A DNA stretch of 64,000 nucleotides, taken from positions 682,001-746,000 of the forward strand of contig NEEC01000020.1 in the NCBI GenBank assembly GCA_002189035.1, in the 5' to 3' direction. A program made the translations under genes and the position numbers. Source of the DNA: Utricularia gibba (taxonomy: Eukaryota > Plantae > Magnoliophyta). Under the pieces are notes generated by a model. That model was not told where the DNA came from and did no database searches. It saw only the letters and a list, made by a program, of their open reading frames with translations. This document shows, one piece after another, positions 62,940-64,000 of the stretch (positions are counted from its first letter, which is position 1; every line of letters begins with the position of its first letter).

Positions 62940-64000
62940 ATGTCGACTTCGCGTCACCCTGCTGCCACAGACGACAGCGGTCCCGCCGCGACGGAGATGG
63001 CGCCGCCGGCGTCGGAAAACGAGGGGAGGGATTCCAGTGCATCCATGGAGAATGTGGATCTGGAATCCGGGGTTAGCAACACTGAAACTGGAGTTTCGCC
63101 AAGGAATGGAAGAGCAAATTGCAGGATTTGCCATCTCAGCATCGATGCCACGCATCAGGATTCTGGGAATAGTTTCGAACTGGGGTGTTCATGTAAAGAT
63201 GATTTGGCTGCAGCCCACAAACAGTGTGCCGAGACTTGGTTCAGGATCAAAGGAAACAGGTGAGTTACATCATATCACCATGTCTATTTGTTCAAGTTAA
63301 GATGAAGCATTGCTATCGAAAATTTTTGAAATTTGTTTTTATTTTTTAAAATTATTTTTAAAAAAATTAAAATTAAACAATTATTTATTTTTCTAAAAAT
63401 AACTTTTTATAGTATAATTTTAAAAATATTTTTGATAGAATTATTTTTATAATTAAAATTATTTTATAACAAAATTATTTTTACTTCTTAAAAATAAAAA
63501 TAAAATTAAAATTTTAGGTAATACTTCTTAAAACCAAAATTTTATACAATAGTTATTTTTCATACATAATAAAATTAGAATGATTAATTTTCAAATTCAT
63601 CCATAACTCGGTCAATTTTAAAAAATAACCATTTTAACATTCAATCTTACATACTAAGATCAAAATTTTATACATAGGATATTTATTTTTCAAACACAAC
63701 AAAAAAAGTTTGGTTACTTTTTTTCTTATGCCAAATGCGGTCAAAAGATGGCATTTTTATACGTTTGGATCGCCTTCTGGTTGTCTGTCTTCATTTGGAG
63801 TTCCTTTAAGCTTTGTTGCCAGCAGCTTGGTCCTCATCTGAACTCTGTTTCTGAGTCCCACAGGACTTGTGAGATATGTAAATCTACAGCTTGGAATGTG
63901 AGCAGAACCGTCACGGCCAGAGCCTATACAGGCCACGCCGAAAGTTGGCACGAGGAAGAGGAGGATGAGCGCCGGAGAACGTGCCACTGCCATTGGTTCC
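62940..64000 (+). CDS. RING-CH (RINGv) zinc-finger protein, partial; exon 62940-63259, exon 2 from 63864 to the window end
   Basis: CRICHL...ELGCSCKDDLAAAHKQCAETWFRIKGNR spliced (AG|GTGAGT...CACAG|G) to TCEICKSTAWNV. Confidence 0.92.

Noticed and set aside
63757-63993. 78-aa minus-strand ORF resembling a secreted peptide precursor nested in the RING gene
   Set aside because: It overlaps RING exon 2 (TCEICKSTAWNV on +) and has no CLE/CEP/PSY/RGF motif; antisense shadow.

Overview
Gene-dense (about 17 genes in 64 kb), short-intron eudicot nuclear DNA with very AT-rich intergenic spacers. Genes in order: PRA1.B (-), IMK2/IMK3-type LRR-III receptor kinase (+), eIF2-alpha (+), UGP3 (+), mitochondrial PPR (-), a plastid-type C-terminal-TM protein (-), clathrin heavy chain (-), APC1 (+), ELF4 (-), Yippee-like (+), a WIYLD-domain protein (-), ribosomal P0 (+), a TPR protein (+), RPN8 (+), a divergent C2-like small gene (-), a laccase (-), and a RING-CH/RINGv gene running off the right edge (+). 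From memory, the gene set matches a conserved Arabidopsis At2g40/At3g56/At3g11/At5g05 synteny block. No tRNA, rRNA, CRISPR or autonomous transposon was found. The clearest cross-gene pattern is up to nine frameshifts in six genes, each repaired by adding one base and mostly at G/C runs; this points to systematic assembly deletion errors and hides real genes from the ORF track. The best biological leads are a tandem repeat carrying a miR164 target-mimic-like site, a structured ELF4 leader (11-bp stem plus AUG-stop uORF), a laccase with a broken miR397 site, in-frame GC-AG/3n introns in APC1, a retainable intron that would make a kinase-less receptor, and a WIYLD gene with a duplicated C-terminal module and ultra-short candidate introns. 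All analysis was by eye; no database searches or folding runs were done.
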